From positions 1,502,360 through 1,566,359 of the forward strand of contig RDEW01000001.1 in the NCBI GenBank assembly GCA_011109175.1: a stretch of DNA of 64,000 nucleotides. The letters are read 5' to 3'. Below, in pieces: positions 25,061 through 37,799 of the stretch; position 1 is the first letter of the stretch; each line of letters begins with the position of its first letter. The position numbers and the translations under genes are program-made. Origin of the DNA: Dicyema japonicum (lineage: Eukaryota > Animalia > Dicyemida). The notes beneath the pieces are model-generated. The model was given only the letters and a program-made list of their open reading frames with translations, did no database searches and had not been told where the DNA came from.

Positions 25061-27379
25061 CTAAAAATATAATGTATGTCCTGGACGTGCGGGGGTAAGT
25101 GAAAGTGTGTTATACAGCAGTAATAAAACAAAAAAATTTACAAAAGAAAGTAAATGAAAAAAGAAAGTGAAAAGAGGTCGTTTACTAGATTCCAAGCTTT
25201 GAAAATATAAAATGTTTATAATCGTCTTCTACTGCATCACAGAAACTCTGGTTGCACTAAAATACAACGACAGATGATACACTTTCGGGGGACACTCCTT
25301 CGTTGTTTCTTCGGCTTACCTGTGAGGCTCTATTTTGCAAATTTGTCTCACCATTTCCCCTATTCTTATGGTACCCCACGTTGTTCGGGTTTCTATTCGT
25401 ATTCTCTTGGCGAGTCACGTGATTAACTTCAGGACAGCGAGAGACGGGATGGTTACTCCCGCTATAACTTTAAACAAAAATATACTGAGGGATCTGTATG
25501 AAAGGAAAGGTATTAAGCTGAGCCTCGAACGTTCGGTTAACCAAAATAAGTATGTCGACAGTTACATGGAGGTACCTTGCATATAAATGAGAAAAACCTG
25601 CATCTGTGTCCGTAAGAGCATGCCCCCCGCATATAGTATTTGCATACATTCGATTTGCGACTTCTTAGGTCATGACTAAATTTGCAGGCATCCCCTCTTT
25701 TGCAAAAACCATTTGCAAAATATCTGGTTAATTTAGTGAATTATACCGACAAAGTACGAGACACTTAGGTCTTATGAGATTCACCGAGAAATTCATCGGA
25801 CTAAAATTAACTGGAATCATTTTTATATTTTATTTATATTATTAAAAATTAAAATAATTCTAAATTATTTTTTTAAATATATATTTAATATTATTTTAAT
25901 AAAAAACAATTAAAAGGGAATTTTTTACGAATTTTTAAGTTATTTGTTGGCGAAAAAACTTTATTTTCTCAAACAAATTTATATACTTTCTGGGAACTCA
26001 GATAATTCAAAAAATCATATTGGTCCACTGACTTGGAGTCTAGTCCAATCACGTCTCAATAACGCTTCATTTTGCACGTTTTATTGACTAATTCTTAAAG
26101 GAATTGCTTTCGATTTCTCAGCTTGTCTGCATTCACCCATCAATTAAAAAAAGTCAATAATTCCTAATTTTAGAATCCCCCTTTGAGGACCAATCTAATT
26201 ACGCCCCCAAAATGATTAGATGGCGGTCAATTCACGTGACTTATAAAGTCGGGAACAAAGCTGTGAAATGTAACTATTTTTAATGTGTTGGGGTTTATTT
26301 TTTAAATTTGTTAATGCTTGACTGAGTGGAACAATCAACGTTTATTGATTGCAACTAAAAATAGTTTTTCCAAATTAAAAATTGATTTATGTTTACCCGA
26401 TTGATTCTTATTTGCAATTGTAATCTTAAGTGTAGTTTGATGAGAATAGCTTTAGTTCAAGAAAGGGGAGTTAGAAGAGGTCGACCGGTCCCCAAGTTAG
26501 AAGAGGTCGAAAGAAAGCCTTATCGATGCAAGGAATTTGACTTCGGAAACACTAGAAAAAGGGTAGGACAGTATATCTTAGAAAACAGGGAAATTGGGGG
26601 TTGAAAGCGACTGGTTACTCCTGGATCATTCAAATAAAGGTAATCGATGAATAACAGGAACGTAGCAGACAAAAGTGGATACTTCCAGAGATCAGTCAGA
26701 TGGATTTGGCGGGGGTTAAATTCAAGACGGACCTAATCAAGAGCGATTTAAGAGTCAAGGATCGCATTTCTCTTCAGAAAGTTTGTCACCCCCTCCAATC
26801 GGCATTAATAGCCGATCTTCATCCTCATCTCTAGTCTCGTCGAGTCATTTGCGCGAGGTACCTGCTCTCTACGACTTTTCAAGAAGCGAGATAATACGTT
26901 CTTTGTATGCAGTGAAGTACCATCCCCCAAGTCCATATAGAAACGGTGGAATGGTCGTACGTGAACAAATAAATAAAAACATCTCCACTTTGAATTTCAA
27001 TTTCCCATTCATAGGATCGCTTACGTGGCTTTTCGCTTCGATGTCGGGATCCTTGCTGACGACCTTTTTAGTTTTGTCCGACAAACTTCATTGCATTGAT
27101 TTTTCTTCTGACAACTTTAATGCTTGGAGACCACATCAGTCTCTTATCTCTTCCATATATACATGTGAAAATGACTGTGAATTGTAACGGTTAAAAGAGT
27201 GGTGTTTGAATGTCAACAAAAACCGAGTTTATAACAATTATTAGAGAACCTGAGTATGGTGAAGAAGGTGGAGGATAAGAAGAAAATTAGGATCTTTACT
27301 TGAGACAGTGAGGACATGATGCACAGGAGGGTCATGACGTCATCAATGTATAAGAAAATGGAAAACAAAATATGGAGCA

Positions 27380-27830
27380 GTAGAAAATTCTTGAAAACGA
27401 ATTTGAGATAAGAATATATAATGCATACATAAAGCAGGTGCTGTGTACATTTCGAACATGGGGGCTATCGAAGCGGAGCTCCAATAGAGGATACCTTACT
27501 CAGAAAACATTTATGAAAACTATCAAACTCGGAGTGGCCAAATAAAATTTCGAATAAGAGACTAGGTCATGCAACCAAATGAGTCCATTGAGCATGGAAA
27601 TCATTGAATCGAGGTGGAGACTCAATATGTACTGCGTGTGGGCATAGATACCCCTGGAAATAGATTAATGGAGCAATACTTCAACAATGAGAACAGACCA
27701 CCTTTTAGAAGAAGACCGAGGGTTACTCCCCCCTGACTCTCAACAAAGATCTTAAGATGTTTGGAAAGAAACTCGAATGTATAGATGACCTAGAAAGACC
27801 TGTGGTCGCATGCAGTGGACGGAGCCCGCT
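27380..27830 (+). mobile_element. Decayed RTE-like LINE 3' region
   Basis: YIKQVLC..TWGL and GHRY...RRRPRVTP.TLNKDL remnants, parallel to the RTE-like copy at 60540-61362. Confidence 0.55.
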
Positions 27831-27939
27831 AAAGACGTCTGATGAAGAGGATCTTAATCGTGTGACACAAGCGGCACCTTAGTTAATATTTAAAATCCTC
27901 TCCGAGGTCATACGCGATCTCGACATGCATACTGTAGTC

Positions 27940-29600
27940 ATCATCATCCTATATCCGGGATCTCGTACTTGGTAACAACGGAAACGGGGAAACTGACCCT
28001 CAGCAGGTTGGAAAGCCGAGACCTTAAAATGGATCCTTGCAAGACTCTTTCTTCAATAATGTAATTTTTGAAGAAGGAGTAACGTACGTATCTAACATAG
28101 GAGGTTCTTTTTTCTAAGTTCTTTTTATCCAATCCACCATTTCTTTCCGCCTTCCTGTCCGAGATAATTGACTGATTATGGCTTCTTACATTTTCAAACG
28201 CCTTTGAGATGTTAAAACATAAGACATTCAAAAATATTTGGAGTCTCTGTCCTTGAATAGTTCGGAGTTGAGATGAAACAGGAAATCACCACCGGATTGT
28301 CTCGGACGAAACCCAAATTGATCTTTTCTGAAATAGTCGCTTCTTCCAGCAGATTTGAAATCCTTTGTCAAACAATTTGTTGCATTATTTTAGAAATACA
28401 GCGAATCAGGCTGATCGGATAATAGCTCTCTGGATCCTTCTTCGGTTTTCCCCGTCTTTGCTACCATCCGTACAGTCGTTTTCTCCTCTCGTGTGGAACA
28501 TGACAAATCTTCAAACTTGCTTGAACATGTTTCTGAGAACTTTGAATAGAATTTCTGGACTTTCTCTGAAAACCCTGACTTTTATGCAATTATTGTCTGG
28601 CGCATTATTCTTGACAGCTCTTAGAGATCTCTATAAATGTCGTTTTCTCCGTCACTTGTTCATAACAAAATTTCCCAGCGATATCATTACCGTCCACTCC
28701 AAATATCTTTTTAAGTTGTGTCATCAAAACTAGAGGAACAAAAAATGATTTTAGAGAATTCTTATTGAGCGCATTTTTTAATAAATCGTCATGGGAAATG
28801 TGTATTCAATTTCGAAAGAGACCAGCCATGACTGAAAAGAACTTCTATTATTTGTTGAGTGTTTTTGTAGTTAAAAATAAAATAATTTTCTTTATCAAAG
28901 TTTATCTAACTAACTGCAACATCGTGCAGTATTGATTGAGGTGTTGAAACACTCAAAAAAATATCTAAAAAAATAGATATTTCATAAATAAAAAATACCA
29001 TTTTTAGAAATTTAGATGCCATAAATGCTATTTTCTGAAATTTTTAGTTGCCATAAATGCTATTTTTTAAAATTTGCCCTAGTCATTGATAAAAATTGCC
29101 CTAATCATAGATTATTTCTTATCATCTCAATATTCTTGATGTTACGATGAATAGAGACAACACCATCGTTTCTTGAGAATATTTTCCTGGGGAAGCCACC
29201 CAGGTGATTTTATCAGATCTGTCATATATCTTGCAGAGCAACCGGTACGTCTGCGTATTCTGTAGTAGCAAAGGAAATTAAGGAGGACGCCCAGCTTGTA
29301 TCTCCGAAGAGAAAGAAGTGATTATCCTCTTCATACTTAAAGACTCTTAGTCCAACGCCTTCACCTTTTCAGAAGTTTGTCATCTCTGTTGTTCCTAAGG
29401 ACGTGTTCTTGGAGTTAAAATCTCATCCTTGAGTGGCCATCGGATTTTCATAGAACTCAGAGATCTCTTAGAGATTTCGAATACTGACCCCCAATGGCGA
29501 CCCAATCGTCGACACAACAAACATCAATAGTGACAAACTCACACAAAGCTGATACAATAATTCTTTATGGTTAGTATAAAAATAATAACGATTTTTATTT
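27940..29600 (-). mobile_element. Decayed LINE with APE and RT remnants, interrupted by an AT-rich insert (~28750-29100)
   Basis: DFNSKN (APE GDFN-like); KDPESYYPISLIRCISK; NISKAFENV; VLQGSIL. Confidence 0.65.
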
Positions 29601-30612
29601 TTGCTCACAAGATCCAGAATTCTCCCGGAAAAAAAGAATAGCTGACCAACAGATTGAGATAAGAAGGTTCATGAGATGTCCTGGCTTGAGTCTATCAATC
29701 TCCCATTACTGCTCCTCCGGAATGACCCTAGGTCATCACGAAGATTGGCAGAAGAAACGTCCCACCGAAAAGGATCAGGACAAATATCGTCTGGCATAGA
29801 AGGGTGTTTTGTCTTCAGAAAGAAACTGTCTCAGGGGGAGCTATTATGTGGGCTTAAATCAGTACACACAGTCCTAACACGTCAGTTAGACCCCTTTCCA
29901 AACTCCATGAAAATACATTTTAAATGTCGAATATAAAAAATACGTCAGAAAGAAATGGGTGAATTTAGGAGGGGTATATAGATATTTATGATGTTCTTTG
30001 TTAAAACTGAGGTGGGATGTACTCCATTGGAAAAAGAAGATTAAAATATTTAAGTAAAGATTTCCTATTCTATGAAAGTGATGACTCCACCAATGCCTGT
30101 ATCGCGGAATAACGTTGTAGCCGAGAAGGGAAATGTAGTAGAGCAGCATATGTTGTTATTATGTTTTTTCAAAAGGTTCCTGAGTTATAGAACCTCCCCT
30201 TTCACCACTTTAATGGTGAGTTTAATTAAGGTAATGGTTTAGATAGGGTCGTAGTTATGTGTCCAGAAATTATCGTCAGGTGAACGAGGCCTAAAGGAAT
30301 AGTCTAAGAAGGGGGTCATTTAGCTTAATAATCTTGATTTATGTTAATAAATTCATGATTTACATATTTATTATTTAGAACTCCAAGATCACCAAAGAAA
30401 GATAAAGTCACTTAGGTGATCCCACCCTCCACATTAAACATTTTATTAATAACGCTAAATATAAATTTTATTTATTATAAGGAAAAAGGAAAAAGAATAG
30501 TTAATTAAGCTAAATTGATTTATTTTTATTAAATTATTATTAAATTAATTAATTTTATTTTAATAATTTTTTGTAATAAATTATTCGTGATTAATAAATA
30601 TTATTTAATTTA

Positions 30613-31830
30613 ATGAACTTTATAATTGGAGGTTTGTTAAAATTAAATAATTTTGTAGAAATTGTGCTGTTTTTTGGTTTAATTAAACTTGAAATCACTT
30701 ATAATGAATTACCAAGTAATCAATTCCCAACGTGGAGCATTGGCGTAAATAACGAATTTTCTGTTTTATTTTCAGGAGTGATGGAACTGAAGATTACAGA
30801 TAAAGGACTGGTAAGTGATTATAATAGTAGTAGAATCGAGTTTTTAATTACAAGTCAAGAGTCGAATACGAGAACTTCAGAAATAATGCTTTTTACATCA
30901 AATTTCACGTTGAAAATGCACTAATTAGATTTCTAATGAAAAGAAATGGTAATTTGATTCACCTGAAGCACATTTATGTTTCAGATATGGGTATTTTGTT
31001 GGTCAGATGATAGTGAATGCTTCATTTCGTGGTTCTTATTTAAAATTAGATGAAAGTTTCGAGATTGAAAACAATTATAATTGTCGTAATATAAGAAAAG
31101 TCTATTATCATTTTATTATCGACATTTTGTATTTAAAAATACAGGTATCTCCAACACCTGGCATTACATCATTCTCCGGAGAGGGTTGTATCTATAATAA
31201 ATTTAAGCCGTTAATTGCGGTCCTGATCTATCTGCTCAAACAACAACGACTACTACTGAAGGTAAAATATTTAATTTCATATAATCAATTTTTATTGTTT
31301 TTATTTGAAGATTCGGGTTCAACCTATTATAATTTGATAGTAAGCAACCACCCGCGTAAATTAGTTACTTCTTCCGTTGCTCTTCCAGTTGAAGTAACAA
31401 GCCTAGTGCTTGGCTGGATTTTAGTTAACATACTAATTTAACTCAAACTAACAGATATCTAACTTGGTTCATTGTTTCCTCAAAACTAGAGACTGATGTA
31501 ATATTGGTTTGGGAGACTAATTTATTAACTTTACAACTCAGGGAACACAAAGAAAAAAGTCGGTGATTAATAATCAATTTTTTATCCAAGTACCAAGTGG
31601 TAGTCGGATGGAGACATGCTCTTATAAACACACAAGTCGATCAAGAACCAGAGATTTCTCAGAGATTATCTGTGTGGTACAGAAAAAAATAATCTAGTTG
31701 ATGTCTTACTGAAATTGGATCTTGGTAATGAAGAGAAGGAACCATGTAATGGAAGGACTTGTAGGCAGTTGTTTCTTGTGCTGTCCCTATGAGAAGTTTG
31801 TGATTGTTTGGCTTAATTTGTTGTTTTGGA
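30613..31830 (+). pseudogene. Decayed putative secreted/surface protein, possibly Ig-domain
   Basis: Hydrophobic N-terminus and broken frames. FRCSSS.SNKPSAW and LLTLQLREHKEK loosely resemble C2-set Ig motifs. Confidence 0.25.
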
Positions 31831-32344
31831 ATAAATAATAAGAATTCTATGAAATATTGTGACGTAATTATGATAATTTAATGAATACAGGTTAGTGAAT
31901 TATCACCAATATTTTTAAGTTACCGAAAAAGATTATTGAATCATGAATCAGTCAAATCTACATTTGGCATTTATTTATGGATAGTTGACTGGTTGACGGT
32001 AGAACTACATATCTCCCCAGTTTGTCTCTATTGTTCTCCCAGTCTGTCTATTCTGGAAAAAACAAGTAGAAAGGTAGTAGTGGTGAGACACAGTAGAAAC
32101 CTCAGTATTCATTAGCTTATGAGAAACACGGAAGTGCTGTTAACTAAATAATTTAATTTTTGCGAAAATTGGCCTATTAGTCACATCTGTTGAAAATAGT
32201 AACGAAAATAGAAGATGAAGCTTTTCGTTAAGATTCAAAGGCTGCTATTCTTGATTCGAGTCACGCCTATTTTAATAGTCCCGCTGATATTCAGGAGGTC
32301 ATGCTATATATTATGTAGAACGATAAATTATTGGCAAGGGCGAA

Positions 32345-32385
32345 ATTTTTTTCAAGGGGGTTACAAAAAAAGTTGAGAAACACTG
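32345..32385 (-). mobile_element. Solo hAT-Charlie terminal repeat
   Basis: The reverse complement reads CAGTGTTTCTCAACTTTTTTTG, flanked by GGCTAGAG (CTAGA-type Charlie target). I found no partner end. Confidence 0.55.
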
Positions 32386-32504
32386 GGCTAGAGTAAGTAG
32401 AATCGTGTCAAGCTGAGAGTACTACAGGGTCGGGTCGGGATTAATTAGTTCTGGTTTAACAGTGATCTTGGTAATAATAACTTTAGATACACTGAGAAGG
32501 AAGT

Positions 32505-32760
32505 TGATAGTTAACTAATTAAATGTATCCAGTTTCCATGGTTACGGAAGCTAAGAGTCCTTACTATTTCAATATGAATTTATCAAGAACCAGCAGAAAG
32601 GAAGTAAAACATTCAGTCCTTGTAGTTGTTGGAGCCCATCCAATGGAGTGGGTGAAAGCAAATTTTGTGTCATCCTGGCACTGGGTGTCACATGATGCCA
32701 CCTTAAAGAACAAGAGAAGATCAGGAACAGGGAAGAGAAACCTTCAATTAATTAGCCAGT
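32505..32760 (-). mobile_element. Degenerate family B copy
   Basis: AACTAATTAA.TGTATCCAGTTTCC, GGAGTGGG.GA.AGCAAA and CACATGATGCCAC match the 39264-39592 copy. Confidence 0.6.
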
Positions 32761-33499
32761 GAGGGAATCGGACCCAGGATTACTACTATGGTCTGATATC
32801 CTAAGATTCCTGGTCTAAGGTGGTAACTTTCTTGTATTGCAGGAAACATACTGGCCCGCCCTCAATTTATTAGATCTCCTTATTAGATCTGTGAGAACAT
32901 CCGTTTGTGCCATTTATCTTCTCGTTAGCTACCAGCTTTCTTCACCTGAGGGACCAGGAGTAGCAGGTAGTTCTTCCTCAAGAGAATGGGGTATAAGGAT
33001 ATGATAGTTAACGTAAAGTACTTTTAACGAGGATTTAGTAAATATCCGATTTATAGACCAAACCTATCTTCAGACTGAGTTGAGGTTTCCGATCAGACTT
33101 TCATGAGTTGATACCAAAAACATATCCCGAAATATTGGTCACAACAGAATGTTCCTAAGACCGTAAATATGTTGTATATTCATTTCACTACTTAACTTGC
33201 AATTTAAGAACGGATTGGGTATAAGTAGATGGACTTGAAATTTAAAAATTCATATATAGAATACAGCCTTGCCACCAAGGAGTAGTAATGTAGCTTACGC
33301 AGTCTCACACTTTATTAAAGAACAGTCATGATAATTAATCTAAGGAATTGAGAATGTTCTGGACTTTTTGTTTTTTTTTGCTTGTGTGAGTCTTAGAAGA
33401 GAATCATCTCAAAATTGGTAAAATTTTAATTTTTTATGTGAATAAGGTCAAAATTTTTATTATTTTTCGAGTTTTTGAATAAAATACTAACATGTTATC

Positions 33500-34200
33500 C
33501 CGCATTCAATCAAGAAGATCGTTGATAAGGTTTAGAGTGCTATTGGAAAGTATCTTGCCAAATTTTCTATCAACTCACAAGAGGAGTGATGTGCAACTTA
33601 TACAGTTTTTTTAATGAATCTTTGGTCTAGGAAACATTTCAAACTAACACGTGTATAATCACAGATGCCACTGTAAAAATATTTTCTCATTCCATCTACT
33701 GACTCTCGGGTAAATAAGGTCACTAAGTTTAGTCTAATCTGAATTTATTTGCATAACCGATATTCGGTGACAGAGCAAAAATCTTGGACATGACCTCCTG
33801 CATGTCCTATGAATAGATTACTTCATCGAATATCACTCCAATCATTCAGATATGGTTAACTTCCTTTCTATCTGGAAGACTGGAACGCACTCGGGTGATG
33901 TCAAAGAAATCTCGTGCGTGTTACTTTCCGAACGGAGTGTCGCAAGGCTTTGCCACATCGATCTTCATTTGAAAAGGATACCCGTAACGGAGGATACCAT
34001 TTTTATGCAGATGATTTGGTCCTCGTACCATGGGATAGAATCACCTCCTTTGATTCAGTTAGATTCCAAAAACACTTGGACTCACTGGAGTCATAGTTAT
34101 TAAGCAACCCCCTCCCCTTCCTTTCCAAATGTAACGTTACAATTTTCACCTCGACAGACGTCAATTCCTTCAACTGTCGAAAAACCCAGAAAATCCTCAA
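33500..34200 (+). mobile_element. Decayed LINE RT fragment
   Basis: FYADDLVL catalytic motif at ~34000 with flanking RT remnants. Confidence 0.55.
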
Positions 34201-34249
34201 TCCTGGATTTTTAACTAAAAGACTTTACTTGTTTTCTTTTGTACAAAAA

Positions 34250-34590
34250 TAATTTAAATAAATCACAGATTCCTGGAGTAGCTGCTTCGACCGCGGAAAA
34301 CCTAAAAATCAAGAAATATTCCTGCCTCGGGGACCGCTACCGATTTACACCTGTTGCGGCCGAGTCATTGGGAGCCGTTGGTCCAATGACGGCTGAGTTT
34401 TTGCGCGAACTCGGAGGAATGCTTGCCAGAAAGAAAAGGAATCAACGAACAGGGTTATAGCTGAGACAAAAGATTGGAATAGCCATACTCCGAGGGAACT
34501 CGTTCTCGATCCACGCAGCCAGCTTCCACAACTAACATTTGTTTCTTTATTAAATAATTGTCATTAAAAAAATAATTTAAATGAATTAAA
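34250..34590 (+). mobile_element. CRE-like 3'-end fragment (RLE C-terminus and 3'UTR)
   Basis: PGVAASTAENLKIKKYSCLGDRYRFTPVAAES...IAILRGNS, about 90% identical to the 36345-36690 copy. It has an in-frame TAG where the other copy has TGG. Confidence 0.85.
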
Positions 34591-34657
34591 GTATACAAAA
34601 TAAAATAATAAAATTTCTGAAAATAAAAATAATCCCCAAGGAGATTTGTTAAGTGAA

Positions 34658-36284
34658 ATGCTGGGAAATAGAAAAATAAGAAGGGAATATAGAGGATGCC
34701 AACCTTTTTCAGTTGGAATTGTAAATCAGCCTGAGATTTACTTTAGCTCGAGCGAAGACCAAATCAAAACGTCAAAACTCCAGAAATCGTAGAAAGTGTG
34801 CCAAAAACCAAGTTTTTGATAATTGGAAGAGTGAGTGGGAGAACAAGCTGTTTGACGTCAAAGTCGAAAATTTAACGAAATTACGCTTTAAAGCTGCAAA
34901 AGCCGAGGAAATGAGGTTACTGGAAGAAAAGAGAGACTCGTAGACATTTATTTTGAAGTCGTAGTCTGCAGAAAATGCTAAAATGTGAAAAACTCGGCTA
35001 CATCAAAGAAACATACGATAAAATGGAGTCTAGAGAAGATCGTTTAAATCGCCTGAGGAATCAGGTGGAGGAGGTTCGCAACAAACGAAAGCATGAACGG
35101 GAAGAACTCGTCCAGCAGAAGCTTGATCAACAGTTCAGGAACAGTGCTGATCCCCTCAGGCGTCTTCGCCAGTACTACGCAGAATATGAGCTCAAAAGAA
35201 GCCGTGACCACCAAGTCGACGTGGCCTTGGAATTGGCCAAAGAAAAACAAACGGAAGCCGAGTTTTGGGACAATTTGATGCTCCAAGTAAATCCTTATAT
35301 TAATGAAGAACTCAATGGCAAAAGAAAAGCAAGAAAACGAGGCACACACCCTAAGAATGGCCAAGAACGCGGAAGTCCAGAACTTTCTGAAGGAGCAAAT
35401 CGCGGAAAAGGAGGGGAAATCACGGAGGAAATTTGACGTTAAACTGATAGTAATTGCTTTGTTTAGTTTAGAATGATCTAATCGAGGACTCTAAATTAGC
35501 CGAAGCCGAAAAGATCTCTGTAAAGCGGGGAAAACAAGAGGAAGCCAAGTTTTTCCTCGACCAAAGCTTACATTTGAAGAACAGCCAACGTTCGAAGGAG
35601 AAGACGATGGAAGATGAGTTTGAAAGAAGTCTATTGGAGGAGACCAAAGCATGCCACGACAAAGAAGTCGACTGGATGAATCTACGTAAAGTTTAAATAT
35701 AAAAGTCATCGAATAGGCTGAGTTGAAGAAGGAAACTTCCCAGTATTTGGAGTACCTCCGTCAAAGTGCGGCGACGGATGAGCTAAAAGAGGAGGAAATA
35801 ATGAAATATGTCAGAGACAAGGAGAAAGAGATCAACGAAAACATCCGACAAAAAAAAGTTGACGAGAAACGGAAGAGACAACAGCTCATTGATTCGATAA
35901 AGGAATTTAAGACGTGCTATGACCACAATAAAGGTACTTGTGCTTTATCCACGTGGTAGAGCAGCAGGAGGAACTGATCAAGGAAGAAAAACAGAAGGCA
36001 AAAGAACAACTTTTCGAGGACATGAACAAACTTGAGAATGAAAGGACCGCAGAAATCAACGAGAAAAAGAGTCTCAAGCAGAAAAGAAAGGATGAGATCC
36101 TCGCACAAATTGACCACTGCCAAAGTTTAAGGAAGGAAGAACAGAATCGCGTATTTTTGGAGGTAAAAATAATTTAAATATTAAGAAACTTTCAATGAAA
36201 AAAGCTGAGGAAGACTACAAGGAAAAAATGCAAAGATTTATTGAGGAAGAGAACAACAAGAATTACAAATTATTTTTAAAATAA
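34658..36284 (+). CDS. CFAP53: Cilia- and flagella-associated protein 53 (CCDC11)
   Basis: The N-terminus RREYRG..FSVGIARAK resembles QREVKG..VVIVRSK. It also has KSEWE, QQKLDQQFR and a long charged coiled coil. Seven introns are 22-26 nt. One missing G at the first acceptor is a probable homopolymer error. Confidence 0.8.
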
Positions 36285-36344
36285 CAAATTTAACAGTTAT
36301 TAACAATTTAATAATTAAAAACTATTTTTCATTAACAACCGTTT

Positions 36345-36690
36345 CAGTTCAAATTATTTTTTTTTAATTAAAATTTTTTTTTAACAATTAAACAAATATC
36401 AGTTGAGGAAGCCTGCTGCGTGGATTGCGAACGAGTTCCCTCGGAGTATGGCTATTCCAATATTTTGTCTTAGCCATAGCCCTTCTCGTTGATCCCTTTT
36501 CTTTCTGGCAAGCAATCCTCCGAGTTCTTGCAAGAATTCAGCCGTCATTGGACCAACGGCTCCCGATGATTCGGCCGCAACAGGAGTAAATCGGTAGCGA
36601 TCCCCGAGGCAAGAATATTTCTTGATTTTTAGGTTTTCCGCGGTCGAAGCAGCTGCTCCAGGTGTCTGAACAGATTTAAAATTATTAAAA
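36345..36690 (-). mobile_element. CRE-like 3'-end fragment, inverted partner of 34250-34590
   Basis: ORF 36399-36794 ends GAAASTAENLKIKKY...WLRQNIGIAILRGNSFAIHAAGFLN, with the same 5' junction as the plus-strand copy. Confidence 0.85.
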
Positions 36691-36696
36691 TCATAA

Positions 36697-36915
36697 TGGT
36701 TCCGAGTGGCATAGTAGTTAGGTGACGGGCTTAACTGGCTTAGGCTACGGGTTCGAATATCGCTGCTGTTCACCTGGTGGAAGGTTCCACGCATCTACGA
36801 TGCAGAAAGGGTTTGACGAGTGACGCCGTCATCAGTGGATACTCACTGCGGAACTGGATTGTCTAGAAAGGACACTCACACAAGAAAAAGAAAAAAAGTG
36901 AAGATCATTCTTTGG
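36697..36915 (+). mobile_element. SINE-like family A copy (best-preserved head)
   Basis: A-box-like TGGCATAGTAGTT (~36707), B-box GGTTCGAATAT (36750-36760), hairpin TGACG-AGTGACGC-CGTCA (36814-36831) and an A-rich tract. Confidence 0.75.
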
Positions 36916-36959
36916 TTCTCTACGATTAGTTAAAATTAACTGTTCTTTACTTAAATAAA

Positions 36960-37160
36960 GTGCTGTGTCATATCCAAGATCTAATTTTCCTACAGAAAAC
37001 GGCCTATGGGATTACAAGTTTTCCGTTCGGGGAGGGAAGCCACTAGTATGGGACACCGCCTATATCGACTCCCTGTCTACTACAAACATCGAAAGAGTGA
37101 TGCGGGCACTATCCACTGCACAAAAACCTGAGATATCTAAAGGGAAGAAATATCAAAAAA
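36960..37160 (+). mobile_element. CRE-like RLE fragment
   Basis: RGGKPLVWDTAYIDSLS...KGKKY. Confidence 0.6.
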
Positions 37161-37191
37161 TCAACAAAATATATAAATCTTATTAAAATAT

Positions 37192-37408
37192 GGCCGCTGG
37201 TTACACTGTCTGGAAACGTCTGTGCGATGTCCTACTTCGTATCTGAGGTGTATGGTACATTTCTCTGATACAACACGGGTAACACCCAAACTATGGGTTC
37301 TTTCCCAAATAGTCCAGCCATAACCCATAAAAGGAAAAGGCTTATGAAACTGGACATGTGAGCCTAGCCTGGTTTCGTCAGTTAGGCTCAAGCTCGTGCC
37401 GCGCGGTC
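37192..37408 (-). mobile_element. MITE family C short copy
   Basis: Imperfect TIRs GGCCGCTGG and CCGCGCGGTC. It shares GCCTTTTCCTTTTATGGG, TTTGGGAA.GAACCC and AGAGAAAT..CTCAGAT..GAA.T..GAC..TTTCC with 57156-57664. Confidence 0.65.
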
Positions 37409-37799
37409 AATTTTTTATATCTTTTTAAAATAATTTATTAATTACTAATAGTTTGTCAACTATCATATTTAAACATTAATTGTCGCTTTATTTTTGATTG
37501 AAGTTGTCCCTTTCTTCACAAATGTCTTTTTCTGGTCTGATATCTAAAAATCATTTTTGGACAATTTATATGGAAATTAGTGTTGACTAAGGGATATTTT
37601 GACATTATTTTCATTATACAATTTTGTAGCAAATGAAAAAATCAAGTAATATGAAAAATTAGAGATATTACGGCATAACAGGTTTGCCGACAAAAGCTTT
37701 GCCTTAGAAATATTACAGCATAACTCTGTTCTGTTGTTGACGGCATTTACAATCTCTGAATTTATCAGGGAGGAACAGTCCCCACAGGATCTTCCCGAC

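Noticed and set aside
36805-36840. Family A reverse strand reads CTGATGA-stem-CAAA, like a hammerhead core
   Set aside because: The copies checked have CAAA or similar rather than GAAA, the stem uses the core bases, and no stem I/III with an NUH site could be built.
37192-37408. RNase P/MRP or snRNA candidate (terminal stem, GGAAACGTCTG motif)
   Set aside because: There is no matching P4 3' motif or Sm site, and it is explained by homology to the TIR element at 57156.
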